Shown here piece after piece: positions 55,147 through 63,843 of a stretch of DNA of 64,000 bases. The stretch is from assembly GCA_023954155.1 (NCBI GenBank), contig JAMLIO010000004.1, forward strand, positions 436-64,435, in the 5' to 3' direction. The position numbers and the translations under genes are program-made. Position 1 is the stretch's first letter, and every line of letters begins with the position of its first letter. This stretch comes from Pseudobdellovibrionaceae bacterium (GTDB lineage: Bacteria; Bdellovibrionota; Bdellovibrionia; Bdellovibrionales; UBA1609). Under the pieces are notes generated by a model that ran no database searches, had not been told where the DNA came from, and saw only the letters and a program-made list of their open reading frames with translations.

Positions 55147-57174
55147 ATGAATAAAAAGCTCAACGTTCTTATTTTGTTTTTGATTTCTGGTTTTTGGCTG
55201 GGAACAGGTTGTGCTTTAAACAGTGCTGATGAATCTCCATTGGGTGATCTGCGCGGGGGACAGACTAACGATCCTGATTACAATGTCAGCTTGTGGCCCA
55301 CGCCAGTAGGTGAGGACCCGAATCCCATGCTCATCGGTGAACTTACAGGTTGGCCCAAAATTGAAAAAGACAATACGGTTTTATTTATTGGGGATCAGTC
55401 GCTACAGGGCAACTGGGGTTTGGCTTTACAAAAACTTTTGGTGGAAGACGAAGAAGCTTCTCTGACTTTATCTGGATGTAATGCCACTGCACAGAGTTGG
55501 AAGTCTGGAGCTGAGGCCAGCTGCTTGTACAGTGCACCGTTTGTAAAATACAAAGAAGGTCGACTATTTTTAACTCAAAATTTACAAGCAGGCACAGACC
55601 GTGCGTTACCCTTAATTCTTGCTCACGAGAATGTATCTAAAGTGGTATTAAGTTTTGGGGCTTATTTGAAAGACATCACTGATGCAAAAATTCTTCAGGA
55701 CGAACTTGTGGCTCTCGAAATTTTAGCAAAATGGGCACACAGTGCGGGAAAGACCTGTTACTTTGTCACCCCTGTAGGGGAATACTTTTTAGAATCTGGA
55801 CAGGTCATTTTACCGATTGAACTTTTAGCACGCATGAAAGTACTTTTAGAGCCTTACTGTTATTGGGTGGATGCCGTCGAAGCTCGTAAAACATTTTTAG
55901 ATGCCACACAAATCAATATTGAAGGCAAAATCACCGAGGCAACACCAGATGACAGTGCTGAACCTTATATTCGTATTGATGAAAAACCACCTGTGGATTT
56001 ACCAAAACTGCCACCTCTGGTTTTACCAGACATGTCTTTAGATTTGTCTGAAGTTCCTGAGATCATTGCTGATAAAGAGAGTCCGATTGCGGGTAGACCT
56101 GAGCCACAAGTGCCAGCCAGTGGTGCCACTGAAGTGCCACCTAAAAAAGAAGAACCTGCTACTGTCCCTGCCACTCAGTCAGAAGATCAACACAAAGAAG
56201 ACCCCGCTACGGTTCCTCCTACTAAGCCTGAGGATCAAAAAGGAGAAGATCCTAACACAACACCTCCTGCTCAGGGTTTGGGGACTACTCCTACGGAACC
56301 CACAGATGAGTCTAGTGGTGGTACAGTGATTCTACCTGATGGAGTAAATCAAGAGATTCCCATTCCACAGCCTCGACCAGATCGAGAGGGTGAAAAACCA
56401 CCTGCCACTGCCGAAGACAAACTGGCGGAAGCCTTAGAGGAACTTGGTCCTGAGAATGTTCCTGTGCCTGCACAGAAACCGAAATTTCTAACAGAAAAAG
56501 ATCAACAGGCCATTCGTGATCAAATTGAAACGAAAACTCCATCAGTGGCGCAAAAAGAAAATAAAGTTATTAAATTCCAAGAGCCCAAATATTTATGGAA
56601 TGGATACGCTCAAGGTTCTAATTATACACGTTATGGTAAAATTGAACTTAAGGCTTACGGCGCTCACTTATATCAAACTAAAAACTTAAGTGATGCGACG
56701 ATGTATTGTCCTAATTATTGGAACTTAGGAGAGGAAGATAAGAAGCATGTGTGGATATATCTTTACTCGGCCATGGCACTCTATGAGTCGACTTTTAATG
56801 CAGGCGCAAGAGCTGTCGAAGTGACTGGTGGAACCAGTATGGGGCTATTCCAGATGGACTATAACAACTGTAAACAATCTGCATCTAAAGCGACAGACCT
56901 TTTAAATGCTCAAGTCAATTTCCGTTGTGCCATCAGAAAATCTGTTTACTTGGTCAGAGAAGGAAAACAGATCGCTAATGGTTCCTATCCTTCAAACTGC
57001 AATCAACAAGGCTGCTCATACCGTGGTGGAGCCATGGACAGATTCTGGTCCACTCTCAGAAAACCCTACCAAGCCAAAATCAGAAACAACAAAGGCCAAC
57101 TAGTAAGTGTCACAGTAGGAAAAAGAAATAAAGTTATTTCTCATCTTAAAAGCTTACCTCACTGTAAGAAATAA
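55147..57174 (+). CDS. Lipoprotein with Pro-rich linker and C-terminal lytic transglycosylase (SLT) domain
   Basis: ATG 55147 after GGAGGA. Lipobox LGTGC. Long P/E/T-rich segment. YESTFNAGARAV...GGTSMGLFQM corresponds to the ES...GLMQ motif of family-1 lytic transglycosylases. Confidence 0.7.
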   Translation: MNKKLNVLILFLISGFWLGTGCALNSADESPLGDLRGGQTNDPDYNVSLWPTPVGEDPNPMLIGELTGWPKIEKDNTVLFIGDQSLQGNWGLALQKLLVEDEEASLTLSGCNATAQSWKSGAEASCLYSAPFVKYKEGRLFLTQNLQAGTDRALPLILAHENVSKVVLSFGAYLKDITDAKILQDELVALEILAKWAHSAGKTCYFVTPVGEYFLESGQVILPIELLARMKVLLEPYCYWVDAVEARKTFLDATQINIEGKITEATPDDSAEPYIRIDEKPPVDLPKLPPLVLPDMSLDLSEVPEIIADKESPIAGRPEPQVPASGATEVPPKKEEPATVPATQSEDQHKEDPATVPPTKPEDQKGEDPNTTPPAQGLGTTPTEPTDESSGGTVILPDGVNQEIPIPQPRPDREGEKPPATAEDKLAEALEELGPENVPVPAQKPKFLTEKDQQAIRDQIETKTPSVAQKENKVIKFQEPKYLWNGYAQGSNYTRYGKIELKAYGAHLYQTKNLSDATMYCPNYWNLGEEDKKHVWIYLYSAMALYESTFNAGARAVEVTGGTSMGLFQMDYNNCKQSASKATDLLNAQVNFRCAIRKSVYLVREGKQIANGSYPSNCNQQGCSYRGGAMDRFWSTLRKPYQAKIRNNKGQLVSVTVGKRNKVISHLKSLPHCKK

Positions 57175-57198
57175 TACCCGTGCGGAGATAGCCTTGTG

Positions 57199-57357
57199 GT
57201 CCATTCAGGATTTCTAGGTTCAGTTTATAAATATATAGTGTGAAAATGTGAGTTCGGCTTGGCATGCTTTTGCGAACGCAAAATCATGCCAAACGTCACT
57301 GTCTGAGCATTTTTGCACTATATATTTATAAACTGAACCTAGAAATCCTGAATGGAC
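57199..57357. repeat. Palindromic element B: perfect 42-bp arms around a 75-nt conserved core
   Basis: 57199-57240 is the exact reverse complement of 57316-57357. The core (57241-57315) contains hairpin TTGGCATGCTTTTGCG-AA-CGCAAAATCATGCCAA. Confidence 0.95.
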
Positions 57358-57366
57358 TCAAAGTGA

Positions 57367-57963
57367 TTAGCCCGCAGAGGGGAGGATTTCAAAGATGACG
57401 AGGGTGCGGACTTTGGAGCTGCTTTTGACTTCGTAGATTTCAAAGGCTTTGTCATTAAGGATAAGATGATTTTCTAGGGCGGTTTTTAAAATCTTAGGAT
57501 AAATTTTTATAGCTCCTAGTGCAGGCGAACCATCGAAGGCGCCCATAATATAGGAGTTGAATTTGATCTCATCAACTTTATAGTTGTGACTTTCAAATTC
57601 AGGATTTTGAGTCAGGTGTGTGAGGTCGGTTGCGCTTTCTAATAAGCAACCTACATGACTTCTCAGACGATGATGATCTACACCGCTGGGGTTATCTAAA
57701 TAATATCCAAAGGTGCGTGCACAAATAATTCCATGGGCTTTGGCAAACTCTTCCACCTCTGTGATGTGTGGGGCCACTTCGTGATAGGGGCCCACAACTT
57801 CTTTAAATATAATTTTGTGGGGTCCAAAAGGTGTATCGGTAAAGACGTCGACTTGAACAGGCAAGTGGAAGCCTGCTCGAAAGGCGATAAAAACTAGAAG
57901 ACCAATGATACCTAAAAAAAATCCAGCTACTGTGCCAGAAAACCATTTCATAATTGATTCCAA
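57367..57963 (-). CDS. Membrane-anchored GyrI-like / effector-binding-domain protein
   Basis: N-terminal TM helix. The remainder resembles GyrI-like small-molecule-binding domains (GPYHEV...HGIICARTFGYYLDNP). Low certainty. Confidence 0.5.
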   Translation of the reverse strand: MESIMKWFSGTVAGFFLGIIGLLVFIAFRAGFHLPVQVDVFTDTPFGPHKIIFKEVVGPYHEVAPHITEVEEFAKAHGIICARTFGYYLDNPSGVDHHRLRSHVGCLLESATDLTHLTQNPEFESHNYKVDEIKFNSYIMGAFDGSPALGAIKIYPKILKTALENHLILNDKAFEIYEVKSSSKVRTLVIFEILPSAG

Positions 57964-58661
57964 GGGACGCGAGTTGAATCCCTTAATACCAAATCTCCAT
58001 TGGAAAGCAATTTTTCAATTTCATTTTGAGGCCATTTTTGAAGGGCCGCTAGAATTTTGGTTCGGAGTGTTACAGAAATTTCAGGTTTTGTACACTCTGC
58101 AACCACTTCTTCAAATCGTAATTTGAGTTGAGTCAAAAATTTATGCCAGCGTTCATCAGAAAGCGGGGCAGATATTTCTTCTACAATACTTGTGGCAGGT
58201 CCCACATCGCTAGGAGAATCGTTCACGTTCAAACCAAGACCCACAAAGATGCCATGACGGTTTCCTATACTTACGGATTCAATCAGTAAGCCCGCCATCT
58301 TTTTATCGTCACAATAAATATCATTAGGGGCTTTAATGCTAAGAGTGGCATCAAACTCATCACTTAAAGCTTGAAAGACAGCCCAGCCAAAAAGCGGAAC
58401 TGCAATGGGCTGAGGGGCGGAAGCCAGTGGAAAGCACCAGGTGCTGAGCAGATGTTGGTCCGCTTCTGTGTTGCTCCAGGTTTTATTGCCACGTCCGCGT
58501 CCTTTAGTTTGAACACCGCTCACATACAACCATGGTAAATGGTTGTTTAGAATCCCATCGCGTTTGGCTTGTGAGTTTGTACTGTCGATACTATCAGAAT
58601 AAAACACTTGCATAGAGTTTTTTTCTGCCCAGTCTTTTGTTGATGTTGCTGCATTGATCAT
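57948..58661 (-). CDS. birA: Biotin--[acetyl-CoA-carboxylase] ligase (no HTH domain)
   Basis: QTKGRGRGNKTWS (the GRGRxGRxW motif) and size of 237 aa. Confidence 0.85.
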   Translation of the reverse strand: MINAATSTKDWAEKNSMQVFYSDSIDSTNSQAKRDGILNNHLPWLYVSGVQTKGRGRGNKTWSNTEADQHLLSTWCFPLASAPQPIAVPLFGWAVFQALSDEFDATLSIKAPNDIYCDDKKMAGLLIESVSIGNRHGIFVGLGLNVNDSPSDVGPATSIVEEISAPLSDERWHKFLTQLKLRFEEVVAECTKPEISVTLRTKILAALQKWPQNEIEKLLSNGDLVLRDSTRVPWNQL

Positions 58662-58686
58662 AGTAGTAGCTCCTTCTGGACTCAGT

Positions 58687-59541
58687 TTAATCTAATAAAA
58701 AACTGATGTCAGCACATGGAACCGAATGGGTGATCAATCCTATACTAATAAACTGGACCCCAGTTTCTGCAACTCCGCGCACGCGTTCAAGATTCATATT
58801 GCCACTGGCCTCGGATTTAATATGAGGTGGGAATTTTTTTACACACGTAGCAATCTGCTCGGTGGTCATATTATCCAGCAAAATTTGGTCGACCTTTGAG
58901 GTGAGTGCCTGCTCAAGTTGTTCTTCGTTTTCTACTTCCAGAATGATCTTTTTACGAGGGTAGAGTTCTTTAATTTGATTCACTAAAGTTTTAATGTCTA
59001 GATCGGTGGTTTTGAGATGGTTCTCTTTAAGCATAATGGCATCAGACAAATTCATTCTGTGATTCTGTCCTCCACCATGAACTACGGCATTCTTTTCAAA
59101 AGTTCGTAGCAAGGGTGTCGTTTTGCGTGTATCTAAAATTTTGCAGGGTGTATGGGCCACCTCAGAGACAAACTTCTGAGTTAAAGTGGCAATCCCGCAC
59201 AAACGGCCTAAAATATTTAGGAGAGTTCGTTCTACTAATAATAAATCGGAGTAGTGACCTTGAAGGGTGGCCATCTTATCTCCCTTTTTTATGGAATCGC
59301 CATCGTGATAAAAAAGAGTGGTAGAAATAGGAGCTCTCAGAGCGGCTCTTTGTGGGAGTTCACGAAGAGCGACTAAAAATTCTTCTCCAGAAAAAACGAG
59401 GTCTTGCTTTGCGAGTATGGTTCCACATGATCTGTGGTGAATGTTGGCACAGAGTTTTGATAAGGCCAAGCATGTGACGTCACCTTCGGGAGCGTCCTCC
59501 TCAAGTGCCTGTGATAAGATTTCTAAGGCAGATAATTTCAT
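58687..59541 (-). CDS. nadC: Nicotinate-nucleotide pyrophosphorylase (carboxylating)
   Basis: ILDTRKTTPLLR, GGGQNHRMNLSD and MLKENH blocks. Confidence 0.88.
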   Translation of the reverse strand: MKLSALEILSQALEEDAPEGDVTCLALSKLCANIHHRSCGTILAKQDLVFSGEEFLVALRELPQRAALRAPISTTLFYHDGDSIKKGDKMATLQGHYSDLLLVERTLLNILGRLCGIATLTQKFVSEVAHTPCKILDTRKTTPLLRTFEKNAVVHGGGQNHRMNLSDAIMLKENHLKTTDLDIKTLVNQIKELYPRKKIILEVENEEQLEQALTSKVDQILLDNMTTEQIATCVKKFPPHIKSEASGNMNLERVRGVAETGVQFISIGLITHSVPCADISFLLD

Positions 59542-59543
59542 CT

Positions 59544-60857
59544 TTAGGCTTGTGGAGGTTCTTCTTCAGCTAAAAGTCTCTTTAATTCTTTATCAATCAT
59601 CTGTTTGGCCAGTTCAGGTACAACTTCCCAAATTACGGACTGAAGCATATTTTTGGCTTCTTTATGCACTAAAGCCCGAAGTTCTTCTTTGCTGATTAAA
59701 ATTTCAGTGATGGCCTTAGGATCATTATGCACTGTCTTTTGAGGTACAGGTGGTAAATCTCCACCGTCAGCAGAAAGCTCATCAATCAGCCCAGGATCCG
59801 TCAACTCATCAATACTTCTGTGTTTAATGCTTGTAGCATTGGAAGTCGATGAACTGTCGGAATGAGGATAGACAATATGGTTTCTGATACTGGTGTCCTC
59901 TTTGGCCATTTGTAAAAGCTCGGCCTCTTCTTCAAGGCTTGGAATGGCGGTGACTTCGGGAAGGATGTCATCTTTAGGATCAGGTTGATCATCCAGAGCT
60001 GAAGGAGGTGGAGTGAAATCCAAAGGCACTTCATCGTCTTGCACGTCACCCATCTCAAATTCAGAAGGTCCACTTTGAGCCCAACGGTCGTTAAGGTCTT
60101 CGTCGTAAGAGCCCGTGATATCCAAAGCTTGAAATCCATCAAGTCCTAAATCTTCACTTAAGGAGTCGTCGTCAAAGTCGGATTCCAAGGGAGCATCAAG
60201 GTCAGGATCGGTTTCACTTAAGTTCAATTCTAAATCCACATCGGTGACTTCAGGTTCAATGTCATCATGTAATGAACGAGAATGAAAACTTTCGTTCATG
60301 TCATCATTTAAGCTTGAATCCAAGGCTTGAGGGTCCAAGAAGTCATCAGAAGTCTCTTCTTCTGGGAGGTCCATAGGGAGATCGTCTTTAAATAAAAGAT
60401 CCTCTGTGGGGTCCTTACGCTTGCGCATGGGAGCCGCTGCGGGTTCTGTCTTAGGTTGTGCAGCACTAGTGGGTCTTGTTGTATCTAAAATACGTGGAAC
60501 AAGGCTTTGAATTTTGGATCGAAGCTGGTCATTGGAAAAGGGCTTTTCTAAACGGCCATCAGCACTGCACGCTAGATATTTGTCCTCGTCGATCTCCATA
60601 AAACTAGACCACATCAGGACCACAGGAACCACAGAAAGTTGTGGATGCTGTTTGATCTGAGCGCACACTTCATACCCATTCATTTTGGAAATGAGCACAT
60701 CGGCAAAAATAATATCAGGCTGAAAGCTCTCAGCCACTTCAATCACATCAATGCCGTGTTGAACTGTTTTGATTTCTAAACCTAGATCCTTCAGGCTGAT
60801 TTCAAACACCCTTTTGATCGTAGAACTTTCATCTGCTAATAAGACGCGTAAAGCCAT
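59544..60857 (-). CDS. Response-regulator receiver domain protein with long acidic disordered region
   Basis: The N-terminal REC domain (RVLLADES...IIFADVLISKMNG...KPF) is followed by about 300 aa of D/E/S/P-rich sequence and a short conserved C-terminal helix. Confidence 0.75.
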   Translation of the reverse strand: MALRVLLADESSTIKRVFEISLKDLGLEIKTVQHGIDVIEVAESFQPDIIFADVLISKMNGYEVCAQIKQHPQLSVVPVVLMWSSFMEIDEDKYLACSADGRLEKPFSNDQLRSKIQSLVPRILDTTRPTSAAQPKTEPAAAPMRKRKDPTEDLLFKDDLPMDLPEEETSDDFLDPQALDSSLNDDMNESFHSRSLHDDIEPEVTDVDLELNLSETDPDLDAPLESDFDDDSLSEDLGLDGFQALDITGSYDEDLNDRWAQSGPSEFEMGDVQDDEVPLDFTPPPSALDDQPDPKDDILPEVTAIPSLEEEAELLQMAKEDTSIRNHIVYPHSDSSSTSNATSIKHRSIDELTDPGLIDELSADGGDLPPVPQKTVHNDPKAITEILISKEELRALVHKEAKNMLQSVIWEVVPELAKQMIDKELKRLLAEEEPPQA

Positions 60858-60932
60858 AATCTAAGTTAATGATTATAAAAAAAAAGAGTCAAGACATAAC
60901 AAAGTGTCAAGATATCATATAGACTGGGTTTT

Positions 60933-62012
60933 GTGATTAAACGTATTGATACCTACATTCTGACAAGCTTTTTGACCTATTTTGCGGTCTCTTTATGTGT
61001 GCTCTTAGTGCTGTTTTTATCTGTGGATTTGATGTCTAGTCTTAATAGATTCGAGGTGGGAGGAACTATCCTGCTTTCGTACTACATCAATTATTTACCT
61101 TGGATCGCTTATCATATGGCCCCCATTTCTGCTTTGTTAGCCATGGTTTTTTTGATGACAAGGCTAGTAAAGTCTAGTGAGCTGACCGCCCTCTTTGCCT
61201 CTGGTTACGGACTTTTTCGTATTATAGGGTCGGTCTTAGTTTTTTTAGTGTTTCTTACAGTAGGAATGTTTTGGTTTGGCGACCAAGTGATGCCAACAGC
61301 CATGGATAAGCGTTATTACATTTATTATGTCGAGATGAAAAAAGACCCTAATCGTTATTCTAAAACTCGTCAGAAGAACATCTGGTACAAAACTGAAGAT
61401 GCCATCATTCATTTTAATGAAATTTTAAGCCCTAATAATGTGGCTGGGGTGCAGTTATTTTTTATTGATCCAGAAAGCTGGATGCTGCAAAGCCATTACG
61501 AAGCCAAAAATCTGACTCTCAAGGATGGGTTTTGGGTTCTGGCTGATGGGCAGAAATCGCAATACGACAAGACCTCAGAAAAGTTTCAGGTGAGCGATTT
61601 CAAAGAGGCTGTGCTGCCTGCAGTAACACAAGTCGAAGACATGCAAGTCAGTGGTGAAGCCACAGAAAACCTAAGTCTGAAGGACCTACGGCATCTGATT
61701 CGACAGAATGAACGCATTGGACTGCAAAACCATGACATTAAGGTGATCTATTGGAGCAAATTTTCTTTTGTCCTCACAGCCTTAATCCTCCCACTCCTAG
61801 GACTCTCCATGACTTCCGTAGATCGCAGAGGAGGCAACGCCTTTTTAGGAGCCTCCATCGGCGGCTTTATGGTTCTTGCTTATTGGATTTTATACAGCTC
61901 CACCTTGTCTATAGGAAAAGCCGGTTTCATCCCACCTTTTGCCGCCGCTTTTATGGTCCCTATGTTAGGCTTTATCTTAATAGCAGCGTTGATTCAAAGA
62001 GTCCTCAAGTGA
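60933..62012 (+). CDS. LptF/LptG-family LPS export permease
   Basis: MIKRIDTYILTSFL... N-terminus and a 6-TM YjgP/YjgQ architecture with a periplasmic beta-jellyroll region. GTG start. Confidence 0.8.
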   Translation: MIKRIDTYILTSFLTYFAVSLCVLLVLFLSVDLMSSLNRFEVGGTILLSYYINYLPWIAYHMAPISALLAMVFLMTRLVKSSELTALFASGYGLFRIIGSVLVFLVFLTVGMFWFGDQVMPTAMDKRYYIYYVEMKKDPNRYSKTRQKNIWYKTEDAIIHFNEILSPNNVAGVQLFFIDPESWMLQSHYEAKNLTLKDGFWVLADGQKSQYDKTSEKFQVSDFKEAVLPAVTQVEDMQVSGEATENLSLKDLRHLIRQNERIGLQNHDIKVIYWSKFSFVLTALILPLLGLSMTSVDRRGGNAFLGASIGGFMVLAYWILYSSTLSIGKAGFIPPFAAAFMVPMLGFILIAALIQRVLK

Positions 62013-62022
62013 GTCAAAAATA

Positions 62023-62246
62023 GTCTTGTCTGTAAAAACCCGCAATGCAGTGTTGCGCCTCCCGTTGGGTCTTTGGGGTTTGTTTTTGATTATATATACT
62101 CAAAATGCTCAGACAGTGACGTTTGGCATTCTTTTGCGTTCGCAAAAGAATGCCAAGCCGAACTCGCATTTCGACCATATATATAATCAAAAACAAACCC
62201 CAAAGACCCAACGGGAGGCTCGCGTGCGGGTTTTTAAAGACAAGAC
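62023..62246. repeat. Palindromic element C: 22-bp outer arms + perfect 42-bp arms around a 79-nt core homologous to element B
   Basis: 62057-62098 is the exact reverse complement of 62178-62219. The outer pair 62023-62044 / 62225-62246 matches 21 of 22. The core hairpin is TTGGCATTCTTTTGCG-TT-CGCAAAAGAATGCCAA. Confidence 0.95.
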
Positions 62247-62272
62247 CCAGTTTTTTTGTTACAACAAAGCCT

Positions 62273-62857
62273 ATGGCAGTATTAGAAGTATTATTATATC
62301 CAGATCCGCGTTTAAGAAGAAAAGCTAAACCTATTGAAGCAGTGACTCCTGAAATCCAAAAGATTGCTGAGGACATGCTTGAGACTATGTACCAGTATAA
62401 AGGTATTGGTCTTGCTGCTACACAAGTCGGTTTAGAAATTCGTATTTTAGTGATTGATACACGTCCTCGTGATGACAAAGATAGATATGAACAAGATGGA
62501 ATGACTGAACTTGAAAAGCAAGTGGCTCAGCCTCTAGTCATTATCAATCCCGAGATTGTGGAACAAAAAGGCGAGTCTACATTTGATGAAGGTTGTTTAA
62601 GTATTCCTGGATATTTTGAAACTGTAAAACGCCCAGAATATGTCGAGATCAATGCCCTGAATGAGAAAGGGGAAAAGATCAATATCAAAACCGATGGGCT
62701 TTTAGCCACTTGTATTCAACATGAGATTGATCATTTGGATGGAAAGCTTTTTATTGATCGTTTAAGTGTGGTTCGTGCCACTCGTTTGAAAAATAAGATC
62801 AAAAAGAATGGTTATCCTGATCCTGATGAAGAGGCGGCAGAGGAAGCTGAAGCTTAG
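62273..62857 (+). CDS. def: Peptide deformylase
   Basis: MAVLEVLLYPDPRLRRKA..., EGCLSIPG, HEIDHLDG. ATG 62273. The ORF track start 62123 lies inside palindromic element C and is spurious. Confidence 0.92.
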   Translation: MAVLEVLLYPDPRLRRKAKPIEAVTPEIQKIAEDMLETMYQYKGIGLAATQVGLEIRILVIDTRPRDDKDRYEQDGMTELEKQVAQPLVIINPEIVEQKGESTFDEGCLSIPGYFETVKRPEYVEINALNEKGEKINIKTDGLLATCIQHEIDHLDGKLFIDRLSVVRATRLKNKIKKNGYPDPDEEAAEEAEA

Positions 62858-63793
62858 ATGATCAGAACCGTTTTTTTTGGTACGCCTGAATTTGCTGTTC
62901 CCACTCTTGAAGCTTTAGTCGAAGACTCGCGGTTTGAGGTGGTGCATGTGATCAGCCAACCTGATCGCCCTGCGGGTCGAAAGATGCGGCTGACTCCGTC
63001 CATCGTCAAGGCCAGAGCGTTAGAGTTAGGGCTTCCTGTGACCACTCCTGAAAAGTGCAATACACCTGAATTTCTAGAATTTTTTAAAACTCTTAATGCT
63101 GATTTGGCTGTGGTTGTGGCTTTTGGTCAGATTTTGCCACAAAAACTGTTGGATGTTTTGGATCAGAAATTTGTAAACTTACATGGCTCTCTACTACCTA
63201 GATGGCGTGGAGCGGCTCCCATTCAGCGTTCGATCATGGCGGGGGATTTAAAAACGGGTGTGAGTCTGCAAGTCATGGTCAAAAAATTAGATGCAGGGGA
63301 TGTGATCAGCGAAGTGGCCACTTTAATTGAACCTAATGAAAATGCCATCTCTTTACACGATCGTTTGTCCTTATTGGGGGCGCGGTTGGTGCAAGACACT
63401 TTACCGCAATACTGTGCGGGTGAGATCGCTCCCACGGCACAAGATGAGTCTTTGGTGACTTATGCGCATAAGATTGAAAAGTCAGAGTCTGAAATGGATT
63501 GGAATTTGCCAGCCAAACAGATTCATCAGAATTTAAGAGGATTGGCATTGGGCCCTGGAGCCTTTTGTATGTTTAAAGGAAAAAAGTTAAAAATTCATAA
63601 AGCTCTGGTGATTTCAGGAAATTCAGATCAGAAGCTAGGATGTATTTCGATGGTCGAAGCCCAGTCCTTCAGTGTTCAAACAGGGGAAGGGCAACTGCAA
63701 GTGCTTGAAGTTCAGCCCGAATCTAGATCCAAAATGGATGTAAAAGCCTTCATGTTAGGCAATCCTTTGGAATTAGGGCTGGCTTTAGCTTAA
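62858..63793 (+). CDS. fmt: Methionyl-tRNA formyltransferase
   Basis: VFFGTPEFAVPTL, NLHGSLLPRWRGAAPIQ. Follows def directly. Confidence 0.92.
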   Translation: MIRTVFFGTPEFAVPTLEALVEDSRFEVVHVISQPDRPAGRKMRLTPSIVKARALELGLPVTTPEKCNTPEFLEFFKTLNADLAVVVAFGQILPQKLLDVLDQKFVNLHGSLLPRWRGAAPIQRSIMAGDLKTGVSLQVMVKKLDAGDVISEVATLIEPNENAISLHDRLSLLGARLVQDTLPQYCAGEIAPTAQDESLVTYAHKIEKSESEMDWNLPAKQIHQNLRGLALGPGAFCMFKGKKLKIHKALVISGNSDQKLGCISMVEAQSFSVQTGEGQLQVLEVQPESRSKMDVKAFMLGNPLELGLALA

Positions 63794-63843
63794 TTAGCCG
63801 CATCTTGTATTCCCAAATAGAGGGTTCCTTCCTATAAGAGGCT

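Noticed and set aside
55965-56542. Alternative-frame and antisense ORFs within the Pro-rich linker of the lipoprotein gene (55965-56174, 56066-56329, 56312-56542).
   Set aside because: A repetitive, compositionally biased linker keeps several frames open. Only the lipoprotein frame connects the lipobox to the SLT domain.
62014-62478. ORFs 62014-62478 (-) and 62026-62328 (+), and the long N-terminal extension of ORF 62123-62857 (+).
   Set aside because: All arise from the palindromic element C, which gives mirror-image open frames on both strands. The def protein sequence starts convincingly at ATG 62273 (MAVLEVLLYPDPRLR).
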